Source: Squalus acanthias
Taxonomy: Eukaryota
Length of the DNA stretch: 64,000 nt
Direction of reading: 5' to 3'
Assembly (NCBI GenBank): GCA_030390025.1
Contig: CM059425.1
Coordinates: 177,818,001 to 177,882,000, forward strand
The position numbers and the translations under genes were made by a program. This document shows, in pieces, positions 1 through 14,116 of the stretch; the stretch's first letter is position 1, and every line of letters begins with the position of its first letter. The notes beneath the pieces are model-generated. The model searched no databases. It was not told the origin of the DNA and saw only the letters and a program-made list of their open reading frames with translations.

Positions 1-2282
1 AAACAGGTAGTAGTTTCAATGGAAAGGAAAATCGTGAGGGTGTACAATGGGCAGCTGATCTGTTACTGCCCATTTTATGCCCCTGTTTGAAGTTGAAAAT
101 ACTGCTGTGTTTCCTGTCTACAAACTGAATTGGTTACCAATTCCACTGATCCACTTAATCTATTTTTGGTGATTAAATATTCTCATCCAGGCTCCCCTGA
201 TGGCACAGTTGATAAAAGCAGTGTGATACATATAGACCAGAAAGTCCAGATACAAAGGCAAAATACTGCGGATGCTAGAAATCTGAAATATAAACAGAAA
301 ATGCTGGAAATACTCAGCAGGTCAGACAGCATCTATGGAGAGAGAAACAGAGTTAATGGCCCAGAGGGTGTGGGCCAAGACTTCAGCACATAATCTGACA
401 CTCTAATATAATACTGAGGGATTGCTGCATTGTCAGAAGTGCCATCCTTTTGATGAGATGTTAAACTGGTGGTACAAGTGGTTGTTAAAGATCCCATAAC
501 ATTATTCAAAGAACAAGCATTCTTCCAGTGTCCTGGCCAACACCAACCAAAAACACAGATTAGTTACTCATTGAATTCATTGTTGCTGAGCGAGTTTACG
601 GTGTGCTAAGTTACTGCTGCATTTGTCTACAAAACATTGTCCTTTTAAGTCATTCATTGTATATGAAGCAGTTTGGGATCTTTCTGGGAGATGTAATAAA
701 GCACTACATGACATAATGTTTCCTTTGTTCCCTTTAATTGCTATCCAGTGTCTCCCACTGAAAATCTGTGTGCACTTGTGATGTCCAGATTCTGCTCTAC
801 TGTAATAACCCCTCCCTTCCCACTCCACCCATCCAAATGATGAAATAGCCCAAAGTTCGTTGTCTAAACTCGTGTGAAGCTTAAATACTTGGGTGAGTTA
901 CTGGAGAGTGTCAAGTCCCTGTGAAATTGTACTGCAGCAGGAAGGAAGGGAGAAAATTGACCGATCAGTTTATTTTAAAATCTGTTATTCTAATCTGCAA
1001 TGCAAGGTTTGGAGCTCTGCATTTAAAAAAAAAAAAAAAAAAAAATTTCCTGTGTAAATTTCATTTGATATAAGGAATGTTAGTTTTTCTACATAGTGAT
1101 AGCATCAGTCATTCCCAAGTCAGATGTAGTACAGGTTAGGTATGGTTTTATTAGCCCATTATTATGCCTGACAATGAGTCTTGACCCCAACCTCAAGAGC
1201 ACCCTGATTATACCTGGGTAGATATGTGCAGGGCTGTGTGTTGCTGTGCAGGCCTAAAAAAAATTGTCAGGAGATGTAGTCAGCTGCTTTTTTTGTGAAA
1301 ACACAATTTCTGAGTCAAGTCTGTTGCCAGAGATCAGTATGTGTAAGAGAATGATTTTCTTGTTTAAGCATTTTGGAGGATCCACTCGTAAAATGAACTG
1401 CTGAGTTATTCTCTGCCCCTAAAGATTTATTTTAAATCTAGAGGGAACCATAGTTTTAAGAACAAAAGAAAACACAGAATGAGAAGATAATTCAGGCATC
1501 GAGCTTATTTCTTCCAGACTGTGTAGGATTTGAGGAAGGGTTGTGTGGAGTTTCTCCCTGCCTTCCTCAAGGGATAAATTGAGCAAAACTCCAAAATGTG
1601 TATCCAATCTTGCATTAATCTTTGTCCAATTGGCTTCCTTGGGATGGTAATTTCATACTTATGCATCTGAGAAACAGTCATGTTCCGTCCATCATTTGAT
1701 TATATCTCTCTTTGTTCTTGTAACCCCTCAATCCTGTTTCTAACCAGATTGACCTCCAGTTTCTTTTTTGAATTGTATTAATCGGCATTTTCAAGTACAA
1801 GCTTCAAGGCTCTGGAATCATCCTTAATGCTTTTCTTTGAATTATCTCAATGCATAAATGCTATTTGAAAGTAGAATGCAGAAAACTGTTGACAGTATTC
1901 CATATATGACTTCACATTTGGGAATAACCGTTTCACTCCAACTCAATTTTCAGTCAATGGTTAATAAGCACGCCTGAATCTTTTTCCTTTTTTGATCTTT
2001 TCTAATGAGCACCAACTCGTGTCTGTCGGCTCACTGTGTGCCTTTTGTGACTGAACACCTAGGAATTTTTGTTTTGATTGTGCCTGATTTTACTGTTTTG
2101 GTTTGATTTTGTTTTCTTCTATGTTTAGTATTCAGAATTTTTGGAGTATTATGCCTTTTCCACTTGATGTATCCCAATGGGATTTGCCTAATCCCACAGT
2201 CACACCAGCCTATCTAAATTAGGATCCCATCATCACATGCACGTTTCCTCTTCCAATATACATCACTTTACATTTATCAATA

Positions 2283-2593
2283 CAGGTTGAGCGTCCAAAA
2301 TCCGGAGTTCCGGACTCCGGGACAATTGGTGGCAGGGTTGTCTGGAATCCGTAAAATGTTCCAGAATCCGGACACCCTGAGGGAGGCTTACCAAAAACCG
2401 GAAATATCGCAACCTGGGCCCAGGCATTTCCGGACTCGGAACGTGTTTCTGATGTTCGAAGTCCGGAAATATCACAACCTGGGCTCGGGCGTTTCCGGAT
2501 TTCGGACATCAGAAACACGTTCCGAAGTCCGGAAAAACAGGAAACCGGCTCGGCCTCGGTCCCGAGGTTGCCGGATTCAGGACGCTCAACCTG
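2283..2593. mobile_element. Tc1/mariner (pogo/Tigger-type) MITE
   Basis: TA flanks (2281-82, 2594-95); TIR CAGGTTGAGCGTCC..AATCCGG (21/23); internal inverted TCCGGA-rich repeats. Confidence 0.88.
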
Positions 2594-2689
2594 TATTAAA
2601 ATCCATCTGTGACTGTAACACATTTCACTTAATTAATGGTGGTCCACATCCAAATTTTCCTTGCCAAATTTTGTTGTGTGATATTTATG

Positions 2690-3860
2690 AATCATAGAAA
2701 TTTATGGCACAGAAGGAGGCCATTCGGCCTATCGTGTCTGCGCCGGTTGAAAAAGAGCTATCCAGCCTAATCCCACTTTCCAGCTCTTGGTCTGTAGCCT
2801 TGCAGGTTATGGCACTTTAAGTGCATATCCAAATACTTTTTAAATACATTGAGGGTTTCTGCCTCTACCACCATTTCAGGCAGTGTGTTCCAGACCCCCA
2901 CTACCCTTTGGGTGAAAACATTTCTCCTCAAATCCCCTCTAATCCTTCTACTAATTACTTTAAATCTACGCCTCCTGGTTATTGACCTCTCTGCTAAGGG
3001 AAATAGGTGCTTCCTATCCACTCTATCTAGGCCCTCATATTATACACCTCAATCAAGTCTCCTCTCAGCCTCCTCTGTTCCAAAGAAAACAACCCCAGCC
3101 TATCCAATCTTTCCTCATAGCTAAAGTTCTCCAGTCCTGGCAACATCCTCGTAAATCGCCTCTAGTGCAATCACATCTTTCCAGAACTGTACGCAGTACT
3201 CTAGCTGTGGCTTAACTAGTGTTTTATACAGTTCTAGCATAACCTCTCTGCTCTTGTATTCTATGCCTAGTCTAGAAAGGAAAGTATCCCGTGTGCCTTC
3301 TTAACCACCTTATCTACCTGTCCTGCTACCTTCAGGGATCTGTGGACATGTACTCCTAGGCCCCTCTGTAACTCTACATTTCTCAGTATTCTACCATTTA
3401 TTGTGTATTCCCTTGTCTTGTTAGCCCTCCCCAAATGCATTACCTCACACTTCTCCGGATTGAATTTAATTTGCCACTTGTCTGCCCACATGACCAGTCC
3501 ATTGATATCTTCCTGCAGCCTACAGCTATCTTCCTCACTATCAATCACATGCCAATTTCTGTATCATCTGCAAACTTCTTAATGCCCCCTACATTGAAGT
3601 CTAAATCATTGATATATACCACAAAAAGCAGGGGACCTACAACTGAGCTCTGTGGAACCCCATCGGAAACAGCCTTCCAGTCACCAAAACACCTGTCGCC
3701 CATTACCCTTTGCTTCTTGCCACTGAGACAATTTTGGATCTAACTTGCCACTTTCCCTTGAATCCCATGGGCTTTTACTTTTTTGATCAACTTGCCATGT
3801 GGGACCTTGTCAAAGGCCTTGCTAAACTCCATGTAGACTACATCAAATGCACTACCCACA
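2690..3860 (-). mobile_element. CR1 LINE 3' fragment
   Basis: ORF pieces WQIKFNPEKCEVMHLGR and FTQRVVGVWNTLP are typical of the CR1 ORF2 C-terminus; CR1 tail near 2690. Confidence 0.9.
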
Positions 3861-4056
3861 AATCTTGCCACTTTTAAATAGAGTTCTTTGATTCCAGCTG
3901 CAGTCTCCGATAATTTGCTGTTGCATTATAATACAACGTTTTATATAGTGTTTCATAACTGAGTTGTCAAGTAGCATTTGTAAAGCATTAAAAGCTCATT
4001 TTAAGAAAAAAAAAATTTGAAATTTGCTTAGAAGGTAGTTTTTTTTTGCCAATCAA

Positions 4057-5822
4057 CATATACAAACATACAAATTAGGAGCAGGAGTAGGCCACTCGGC
4101 CCTTCGCGCCTGTGCCGCTATTCAATAAGATCATGGCTGATCTGATTGCTCCACATTCCCGCCTACCCCCCGATAACTTTTCACCCCCTTGCTTACCAAG
4201 AATCTATCTACCTCTGCCTTTAAAAATATTCAAAGACTCTGCTTCCACCGCCCTCTGAGGAAGCGAGTTCCAAAGACTCACGATCCTCTGTGAGAAAAAA
4301 TTTCTCCTCATCTCTGTCTTAAATGGGCGACCCCTTATTTTTAAACAGTGACCCCTGGTTCTAGATTCTCCCACAAGAGGAAACATCCTCTCCACATCCA
4401 CCCTGTCCAGACCCCTCAGGATCTTATATGTTTCAATCAAGTCACCTCTTATTCTTCTAAACTCCAGCAGAGACAAGCCTAGCCTGTCCAACCTTTCCTC
4501 CTAAGACAACCCGCCCATTCCCGGTATTAGTCTAGTAAACCTTCTCTGAACTGCTTCCAATGCATTTACATCCTTCCTTAAATAAGGAGACTAATACTGT
4601 ACACAGTACTCCAGATGTGGTCTCACCAATGCCCTGTATAACTGAAGCATAACCTCCCTAATTTTGTATTCAATTCCCCTCGCAATAAACAATAACATTC
4701 TATTAGCTTTCCTAATTACTTGCTGTACCTGCATAGTAACCTTTTGTGATTCATGCACTAAGACACCCAGCTCCCTCTGCATCTCAGAGCTCTGCAATCT
4801 CTCACCATTTAGATAATATGCTGCTTTTTTATTCTTCCTGCCAAAATGGACAACTTCACATTTTCCCACATTATACTCCATTTGCCAGATCTTTGCCCAC
4901 TCACTTAACTTATCTATATCCCTTTGTAGCCTCCTTATGTCCTCTTCACAATTTACTTTCCTACCTATCTTTGTGTCATCGGCAAATTTAGCAACCATAC
5001 CTTCGGTCCCTTCATCCAAGTCATTTATATAAATTGTAAAAAGTTGAGGCCCCAGCACTGATCCCTGTGGCACACCACTCGTTACGTCTTGCCAATCAGA
5101 AAATGACCCATTTATGCCTACTCTCTGTTTCCTGTTAGCTAGCCAGTCTTCTATCCATGCCAATATGTTACCCCCTACACCATGAGCTTTTATTTTCCGC
5201 AATAACCTTTGATGTGGCACCTTATCAAATGCCTTCTGGAAATCTAAGTACAGTACATCCACCGGTTCCCCTTTATCCACAGCACATGTTACTTCCTCAA
5301 AGAACTCCAATAAATTGGTTAAACATGATTTCCCTTGCACAAAACCATGTTGACTCTGCCTGATTACTTTGAACTTTTCTAAATGCCCTGCTATAACGTC
5401 TTTAATAATAGCTTCGAACATCTTCCCTATGACAGATGTTAAGCTAACTGGCCTGTAGTTTCCTGCTTTCTGTCTCCCTCCCTTTTTGAATAAAGGAGTC
5501 ACATTCGCTATTTTCCAATCTAATGGAACCTTCCCTGAATCTAGGGAATTTTGGAAAATTAAAACCAACGCATCAACTATCTCACTAGCCACTTCTTTTA
5601 AGACCCTAGGATGAAGTCCATCAGGACCCGGGGACTTGTCAGCCCGCAGCTCCAACAATTTGCTCAGTACCACTTCCCTGGTGATTGTAATTTTCTTGAG
5701 TTCCTCCCTCCCTTCCATTTCCTGATTTACAGCTATTTCTGAGATGTTACTTGTATCCTCTACAGTGAAGACCGATGCAAAATACCTGTTCAATTCAACT
5801 GCCATCTCCTTATTTTCCATTG
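4057..5822 (-). mobile_element. CR1 LINE, 5'-truncated, with 409-aa RT segment (4591-5820)
   Basis: KSPGPDGLHP, NYRPVSLTS, YLDFQKAFDKVPH, GVPQGSVLGP, KFADDTK; 3' tail repeats near 4057. Confidence 0.95.
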
Positions 5823-6155
5823 TTATTATTGCTAATATTTGTCAGCATTATGATGTATTTTGGTATATATCAAAGGAAAGTATTTACAATACCGATTTTT
5901 GTATAATGCAGAATCAGATTCTGGTTTGTGTCATATATCCAGAGCCAAGTTCCTGCACAAAATAACATCTTCCCCACTTTACTCACTCATCTGCGTTGTA
6001 CTTGATTGGAGGAACCATACTCCCTTTTGATTAGTAAATACAGAAAATACTGGGAAACTCCGCAGTTTGGGCAGCATCTGTGGAGAGATAAACATGGTGT
6101 TAACATTTCAGGTCGATGACTGTTCGTTCCTGTGCTTTTTTTTCTCTTGGTAGAA

Positions 6156-6559
6156 AAGAAAGACTTGCATTTATATAACGCCTTTCTCTAACTCAGGATG
6201 TCCCAAACCGCTTTACAGCCGATTTGAAGTGTAGTCATTGTTGTAGTGATAATGATCAGATAATCTGTTTGTTGTAATGATGTTGTTTGAGGGATAACTA
6301 TTGGCCAGAACATTGGGGATAACTCCCCTGCTCCTCTTCGAAATACTGCCGTGGAATCTTTACGTCTACCTGAGAGAGCTGGCGGGGCTTTGGCTTAATG
6401 TCTCATTTGAAAGATGGCACCTCTGACCGTGCAGCACTCCCTCTGTACAGCACTGGAGTGTCTGCCTAGATTTTGTGCTCGAGTCTCTGGAGTGGGACTT
6501 GAACCCACAACCTTCTGACTCAGAGGTAAGAGTGCTACCAACTGAGCCACAGCTGACAC
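6156..6559 (-). mobile_element. tRNA-derived DeuSINE (SacSINE1-like)
   Basis: Pol III A/B-box head (GTGGCTCAGTTGGTAGC, GGGTTCAAGTCCC), Deu-like core, L2-like tail; homologous to 32303-32753. Confidence 0.8.
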
Positions 6560-6826
6560 GTGTAGTGTCGCAAAATAGTCTTGGCCCTCTTCCTTTTATG
6601 TAGGAAGTGCGACCAGTCAATTCTCCATGCCCCATTTGGTGCATGGTATAGAATAGTTTGTGCAAGTATGAAATGCCACAAGTTGTTCATGGAAATTATA
6701 ACTATCAAAAACTTAAAAGGTCTTCTCTCCTGTACCCAAACCTTTCTATTGTTTCCCCCAAACATCCACAATATCCTGGTTTTGTTGGGAGGATAGGGTC
6801 CACCAGGTGGAAGTCCATATGAGTGT

Positions 6827-7496
6827 CATGAACAGGTATAGAAAATAATCAAAAAGGCTAATGGAATGCTGGCCTTTTTATCTAGAGGATTAGAATACAA
6901 GGGAGTAGAAGTTATGCTACAGCTATACAAAACCCTGGTTAGACCACACCTGGAGTACTGTGAGCAGTTCTGGGCACCACACCTTAGGAAGGATATATTG
7001 GCCTTGGAGGGACTGCAGCATAGGTTTAGTAGAATAATACCCGGACTCCAAGGGTTAAATTACGAGGAGAGATTACACAAATTAGGGTTGTATTCCCTAG
7101 AATTTAGAAGGTTAAGGGGTGATTTGATCGAAGTTTTCAAGATATTAAGGGGAACAGATAGGGTAGATAGAGAGAAACTATTCCTGCTGGCTGGGGAGTC
7201 TAGGACTAGGGGGCATAGTCTGAAAATTAGAGCCAGACCTTTCAGGAGTGAAATTAGGAAACACTTCTACACACACAGGGTGGTAGAAGTTTGGAACTCT
7301 TTTCCGCAAACGGCAATTGATGCTAGATCAATTAATTTTAAATCTGAAATTGATAGTTTTTTGTTAACCAAAGGTATTAAGGGATGTGGGGCAAAGGCAG
7401 GTATATGGAGTTAGGTCGCAGATCAGCCATGATCTCATTGAATGGTGGAACAGGCTCGAGGGGCTAAATGGCCTACTCCTGTTCCTATGTTCCTAA
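6827..7496 (+). mobile_element. CR1 LINE 3' fragment
   Basis: LYKTLVRPHLEYC...[11 protein letters not shown]...VWNS; tail CTCCTGTTCCTATGTTCCTA. Confidence 0.92.
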
Positions 7497-7819
7497 GTTG
7501 TACAGGATGCAATGCCGAAGGATGGATTTTCCGTTTAATATTGGCAAACATCTGTCTCGCCCACGCCTGTGTTCTGAAAGGGAAATTGGCCTTTCCTAGT
7601 TGAGTCCAAACTTCTGGGCCATACACAATTGGTCTTTTTTTTTTAAAAAAAAAGTGCTTTTTTAATGTCTACAAAATATATCTTGTACTCTTGAAGAAAA
7701 CTTATGCTGTGTCCATGACATTATTTTGTTTCTTGTAATATGTAGTTTTGACACTTGCCAATGATATCTTAAAATCTTTGTGTAGCCCTGTACTTAATGT
7801 GATTTTAATTTTTTTTAAG

Positions 7820-7927
7820 GTTCACAATATTTTGGCAGAAATGGTGATGGGAGGAATGGTTTTAGAGACCAATATGAATGAAATAGTTACTCAGATTGAT
7901 GCTCAGAACAAAATGGAAAAATCTGAG
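7820..7927 (+). CDS. AP3S1: AP-3 complex subunit sigma-1, penultimate constitutive coding exon
   Basis: ttttttaag|GTTCAC...TCTGAG|gtaaga; 108 nt, phase 0; translates VHNILAEMVMGGMVLETNMNEIVTQIDAQNKMEKSE, recognised as sigma-3A sequence. Confidence 0.95.
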
Positions 7928-10718
7928 GTAAGAATCTTACACCTTGCAGGAAATACCTTTTTAACTTGCATGGTTGTGGATCCTGCATGTTTCTTGTGCC
8001 TTCTGTCATAGCTTATTCTTTAGTGCCAACAGCCAGCTTGCTTGGTGTGCTAAGTAAGGCTATTGAATGACAATTTGGTAGTTTTACTGTGTGACAAATC
8101 AACAGCAGTGATGATGCATTGTAAAATGCCTACTTATCAGTTTGAACATTACTACGCAATATGCACAAATATTGGTGATAGAACTTTAGGTGTGCAAGTT
8201 TGGCGATATTGAAGTCAAAAGCTGCATGAATGAATTTGCATGTACACAAACCTGAAAGATTTAGGCTTTTACAAGTCAATCTTATAAATCCGCAAGTTTA
8301 AGGGGCTGGTTCCTATAAACTGAAAGTGCATCGAGCATAAATGATTGTTAAAAGAGAAACACCATGACAGTAGCTTCAGTCTATCAGCTTTTCTAGGTGG
8401 CTGTCTCTTTAAAATAGTTTTCCATTTGATACACAATCTGTGCTGATTTAGTTGGTCTCAACCAGGACAACAGTTGTAATTGGCCTCGGTGCTTCTGGGT
8501 TAGGGAGGAAAAAAATCGGCCAAGGCCACCACTCCGGACCGCCATTCAGCAACCCATGCTGGAGGTGTGAGTGTGTGAACAGGATCGGGCTAAAGTATGA
8601 CACTCACTATAACCAAATAACCTGTTGACAGTCACTGTCGAGACTCGCGTATGAATAGTGGCCACTTGGGCAAGATGCTGTAGGATGTCTGCTGCTTGTG
8701 AACAGGTTTTGTATAAAATTCCTCTTCAAAGCGTTTACTACTTTGGGTTAGAGTAGAAAATTAATCATTTTTCCCTTTTTTGTTTTTTTAAAGTAGCTTG
8801 TGTCTGCATAATTTTTGATTAGTACTACTACTTGCTGCCAGTTGCAAGCAATTGTGACTACTTGAAACAGAAAGCTGAAATGTGCAGTTTTCACTTTCAA
8901 AACGAAGGTATCGATGTTTACAGCACTGAAGGAGGCCATTCAGCTCATTATGTTTATGTTGGTTCTTTGCTAGAGCAATCCAACACTAGTCCCAGTGCAC
9001 TCTCCTCCCCATAGCCCTGTCTTCTTCTGCATGAAACCTGATCTCTTAAATTGTAAAACAGTTTGCTCGGCATCTGACGGAGAAAGATGGGTTGATGTTG
9101 ATGTCTCTCATATACTGACTGATCTGTACATTGCCAACATTTTCAGTCTTTATTTCACATTTCCATCAAATTGCAATTTTCCTATTTGTCTCCTAAATGG
9201 GGAAAAAAATTGGGAAACCAAATGAGAGGAAAAAAAATAGCACACGTCCAGTATCCTAGTTTTCAGATAAGATTCCTTCATTATCATACACTTTTTTAAA
9301 AATGTGGTTAATAGACAACAATGCACTAAAAACATTTGGTGTAAGAGATAGAAATAAGGTTTCAGTAGAGCAGATTAAATTAAAAAAAAACTTGCAGTAG
9401 AAACTGGGAATTGGTGAGATACACAAATAATGAATAAATATTCTTTATTTTGTTGTCCGTTGATCAATGGATTGACCTAGTAATCCAATTAATTATGTTA
9501 AAGTAACATAATCCCTCAAAACACTTCAAGCACATTTTAGGTGGCATAGCATGTTGGCGTACCAGTACAGAGCATGGTTGTGGGAGCATATAGGCTTGAT
9601 TTCTTCTTTTCACCAAGCTAAGTCCGTGCTCTCGTGCGTATTGCTCTGGAAGAGTGCTGAGCAGAGCCCAGCCGTTTTCCTGCTGGGAGGTGGGAACATT
9701 TTAACGAGAAGTTTTCCTTGAACTGCATTTGCGTACTTCTGGTGATCATTTCAGAATGGTGTTTGCAAAGGTGAAAGACAAGCCAATCAACATTTTGTCC
9801 TTTGCCATAGGAGTTGTGTGAGCCACTGGAAAGATTACAAACTAAAAGAAGATAAATAACCGTTCCAAGATGGTTACTTAATGTGTGCTTTGAGGTTCTA
9901 CTGCTGTTCTTGAGTCATAAATATTGGTATTTCCTTCTGGTCTTTGAGCACTTAAATTTTTGTATACTGATTAACATATTTGACACATTCTCACATGCAA
10001 TTTTAAAGTTAACTTAAAATAAATGGGTTAATCCTTTGTTAAATTAGCTCTCTCAAAAATTTGATGTGAATGCATTAACTTAAAAATAGTACTCAAAGGA
10101 ATTTTTACCCCTAGCTTGCTTCTAGGTTGAGGGAGGGGCAGCAGGATGGAGTTTAATTTTTGAGTGTTCTTACATTTCATATGTGGCTTTCTTTAACTTT
10201 TTATCCGGACTGCTTCATTTAAACTTCCCCTCAATGCTGCAGATTGCAAGTTGTTACCGCATAGAAAGGCTGGGACTCCTCCATCTGGAGAAATGCTAGC
10301 TTGACTAATGCAAAATGTATCCTCCTAGATGATCAGTGTCAAATATCTGTGTTTAGTCTCATTGCCATTGGATCGATTGACGACTCTTCAGTGCAAACAC
10401 TGCACCCTGGCAGTAGTATGCAGAATTTCAACAGAAGACTACCTGCAGATCCTGGGATTGATGGCAGCAGGAATAAATGTTGCAACTTCAGACTCGCCAA
10501 GAACCTGTTACAGTTGAACCAATGGTCTCAAACTCTCCACTTTTGCAGACAATTTGTGCTAATCAAACATTGTCAGTTTCCTTGACTGGTGGTTTTAAGA
10601 GATCTGCTTGTATTCGGATTCAGTTAAAGACTCTGCTACCTTCTCCTTCCCAGGTGACAGCTATAACTGTTTTTGTGGTAACTGGTTATGTTATTGCTTA
10701 GACTGAAGGTAGATCAAA

Positions 10719-10935
10719 TGTGAGAAGTCGCACAACACCAGGTTATAGTCCAACAGCTTTATTTGAAATCACAAGCTTTCGGAGCGCTGCTCCTTCGTCA
10801 GGTGAAGTCACCTTCTGACGAAGGAGCAGCGCTCCGAAAGCTTGTGATTTCAAATAAAGCTGTTGGACTATAACCTGGTGTTGTGCGACTTCTCACATTT
10901 GTCCACCCCAGTCCAACACCGGCATCTCCACATCA
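10719..10935. mobile_element. Penelope-like terminal-repeat insertion: 87-bp perfect inverted repeat with hammerhead cores
   Basis: Arms 10715-10801 and 10815-10901; 15-bp TSD TGAAGGTAGATCAAA (10704-18, 10936-50); CTGACGA-stem-GAAA at 10815-39. Confidence 0.8.
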
Positions 10936-11599
10936 TGAAGGTAGATCAAACTCTCTCCTCACGGACTATGGGGTAGATTTTTGTCTTCCACGCCCTTTAT
11001 AGAACCTGCCTGATCTTCATTCCATTGAAAATTGATGGAATAAAATCAGGTGGGTTCTGTAAAGAGTGAAATCTGTCCCACAAGATTGCAACCTGGGTGG
11101 CGACGACAAAAATCTGTCCCTATATCTCCTTTGTTAGCTGGACAGCTAGTTCTGACTCCCAGCACATCGGTGAACATCTTCCTGACTTGCACTAAAATTA
11201 GAACTTGGAAAAGTTTTGGCTTTAGTTTGACCTGATGAGTGATATTTCTGCCACCTATCAATGTACTGTATTCAGTGCTTCATGACCAGCTCAGTTAGAG
11301 TACACACGACATCCATTTTAGTTTGTCACCTAGCCATTGATAATACCATGGCATGAAAGAATATCGTGTAGTCATAGCTAAGCAGATACTTGTTTCTTAT
11401 GGTAGTAGGTAAATCTATTTGCTTTAACCCAATGATAGGCAAGGAAGTCTCTACCACAGCTAAAGCTCATTTCTACTAGAATGCGACCACTCCATTGGCC
11501 AATGTTAAAGGTTATAACTACCAGGATAGACTGAATAAGCTGGGACTCTCTTTTTTCTCTAGAGGTTTGTAAAATTATGAAGGGGTTCGATAGGGTATG

Positions 11600-12873
11600 A
11601 TGACTCTCAATTCATCATGCTCTCCCGAGTTCACTAGCCTCCTGTCCTCCCTTAATTTCTCCAACCATGTAAACTCCCCAACCCATATTCACGGCCACCC
11701 CCTCGACCTTGCCATATCTCGTGGCCTCGCTTCTCCCATTGTGTCAATCGCAGATGCAGATAAGGCCATCTCTGACCACTTCCTTGTATCGCTTTCCACC
11801 CCCCCCCCCTCCCCCCCCAAACCTACTTCCTTCTGTGTCCGCCCCTAGAAAAAAAACTCTCCCAACTCTCTTACAATTGTACTTAAGAAATCCCAACTGT
11901 CCAGCCTTTGGCCCTCCATTCACCATGATATTTCTGCAGCTACCAATCTGCTCAACCACACCCTCATCACCACCTTTGATGCCCTAGTCCTTATTAAAAC
12001 AATTACTCTCTCTCACCCTGGCCGTTCCTCCTGGTACGGCCCTCCTCTTCGCTCCCTTAAGTCCAAGGGACGCAGACTTGAACGGATATGGCGGACAACT
12101 GGTTTAGCCATTCACCGCCAGATCTGGCTGGACCACATAAAGCATTATCGGGTCCTGCTCTCGTTTGCCAAAATTGCTCACTATTCCAGAATCATTCTGG
12201 AATGCAAAGATAAACCCCGGCTCCTATTCTCTACTACTAACCGTCGTCTTAAACCCCTCTTCCCCTGTCTCCACCCTCACCTCCGACAACAAGTGAGAGG
12301 AGCTCATGGACTTCTTTGTCTCTAAGATTGAGACCATCTGTTCAGCTGTCTCTGCCACTTCCCTTCCTTCCCCTAGCCCACCGGGCCAAACTTCCTCTAA
12401 GGTTCCCCCCTGCCCTAGCCCTGAACTCACATCTTTCTCCAGTTTCTCTCCGGTCTCCCCTCATGACCTCTCCGCACTCATCTTGTCCATGAGACCCACT
12501 TCCTGCTCCCTCGATCCTATTTCCATCAAACTGCTGACCACCCAACCTCTCTTTCTGGCTCCCATGTTAGTTAACAGTTCTCTCTCCTCATGTACTGTCC
12601 CCCTCTCCCTCAAATCTGCCATCATCACCCCTCTCCTCAAAAAACCAACCCTTGACCCCTCTATCCTTGCAAACTACCGCCCCATCTCCAACTTCCCTTT
12701 CCTCTCCAAAATCCTTGAACGTGTTGTCGCCTCGCAAATCCATGCCCATCTTTCCCGCAATTCCATGTTTGAATCCCTCCAATCAGGTTTCCGCCCTTGC
12801 CACAGTACTGAAACGGCTCTCGTCAAAGTCGCAAATGACATCCTTTGCAACTGTGACAAAGGTAAACTATCCT
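11600..12873 (+). mobile_element. L2-clade LINE ORF2 fragment
   Basis: PTHIHGHPLDL; LLKKPTLDPS..NYRPISNFPFLSKILERVV; QSGFRPCHSTETAL. Confidence 0.88.
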
Positions 12874-13206
12874 AGGTGGGCAGAGGAAACGCTTCAAGGA
12901 CACCCTCAAAGCCTCCTTGAAAAAGTGCAACATCCCCACCGACACCTGGGAATCCCTGGCCCAAGACTGCACAAAGTGGAGGAGAAGGCGCCGAACACCT
13001 CGAGTCTCTTCGCTGGGAGCAAGCAGAAGCCAAGCGCAAGCAGCGCATGGAGCGCACGTCAACCCAAGCACCCCACCCAGCCGCCGTCTGCCCCACCTGT
13101 GACAGAGACTGTAGGTCCCGCATTGGGCTCATCAGTCACCTGAGAACTCATTTTTAATGTGGAAGCACGTCATCCTCGGTTCCGAGGGACTGTCTAAGAA
13201 GAAGAG
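12874..13206 (+). mobile_element. RTE-clade LINE 3' fragment
   Basis: GGQRKRFKDTLKASLKKCNI; C-terminal CPTCDRDC...LISHLRTH zinc finger; (AAG)n tail. Confidence 0.82.
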
Positions 13207-13549
13207 GAGATAAGCAGATGAGGGAGAAAGGAATAGAAGGATATGCAGATAGGGGTATATGAAGCAGGATGGGAGGAGTCGCGTGAAGCATAAACACCAG
13301 CATAGAGCAGTTGGGCTGAATGTGCTGTAAATGCTGTTACTATAGATTCTCTTTGTAAGTTGCCATGCATGCTGTTCTCGCTTCTTAACATTGTTATATT
13401 TTTCTACAAAAGAGGGCATTTGTTCAAAACTTTAGATTCAAAAATATAATTTCAAACTCAATTGCTGGTTTGCTAGCGAAGTGCTGTAAAGGCACCGTGG
13501 TTACAGCATGGAAATACATGCCACATGATGTGGATCAGGTTACTAGTTT

Positions 13550-14116
13550 CAAAGACCTGAATTTTAATAGGGAAGATGGGTAGGCCTGTGGCACTAGGCC
13601 ATAAAGAAGAGGGAGGGCGGGATCACATGGGGGCCAGGGGGCGGCCGGAGGAGCACAGGAAGGGCCAGAGAAGCTGGGGGGGCGGGGAGGTTTAGGGAAC
13701 AATCGGCGGCTGGAGGCGCGGCAGGGGAGAGGAGGCCTCGTGGGGGAGGGGGTCTTCGATCGTGGTGGGTAGGTTAGGCAGGGACGCTGGATCCACGAGG
13801 TAAGTGTAAAGGCACTTACCTCCTGGATCCAGCAGTCCTTGCCTTGCATTAGCTGACGGGTTTCACAAGGCCTGCAAAATCCGACCAGCTAAAGTTAAAT
13901 TCAAAATGGAGGTTAAAGCAGAGGCTTCCAGCCCCATTATAATATTTAAATATGGACCTGCCTCCTGGGAGGGTGTTGGCTGCCCGCCCCCCATCCCGCC
14001 TCCGTTAAAACCGAAAGTGGGCAGGTTGGAGGTGGGGTCTGGTCGGGATTCAGATTTTTAACACTTTTTCTTAGCACACGACCCCAACTCACCCTTTTTA
14101 GGTTAAAATTTCCCCT
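13550..14116. mobile_element. Degenerate GC-rich MITE-like repeat
   Basis: GC-rich island ending AAAATTTCCCC, like the other Harbinger-type ends; left TIR degenerate. Confidence 0.4.

Noticed and set aside
2219..2697. Overlapping 134/136-aa ORFs with repeated motifs; superficially a repeat-spacer array
   Set aside because: Explained by the palindromic MITE at 2283-2593. The repeats are inverted and irregular, not CRISPR-like, and the context is eukaryotic.
7748..8011. 87-aa standalone ORF
   Set aside because: Only 7820-7927 is exon; the rest is intron read-through.
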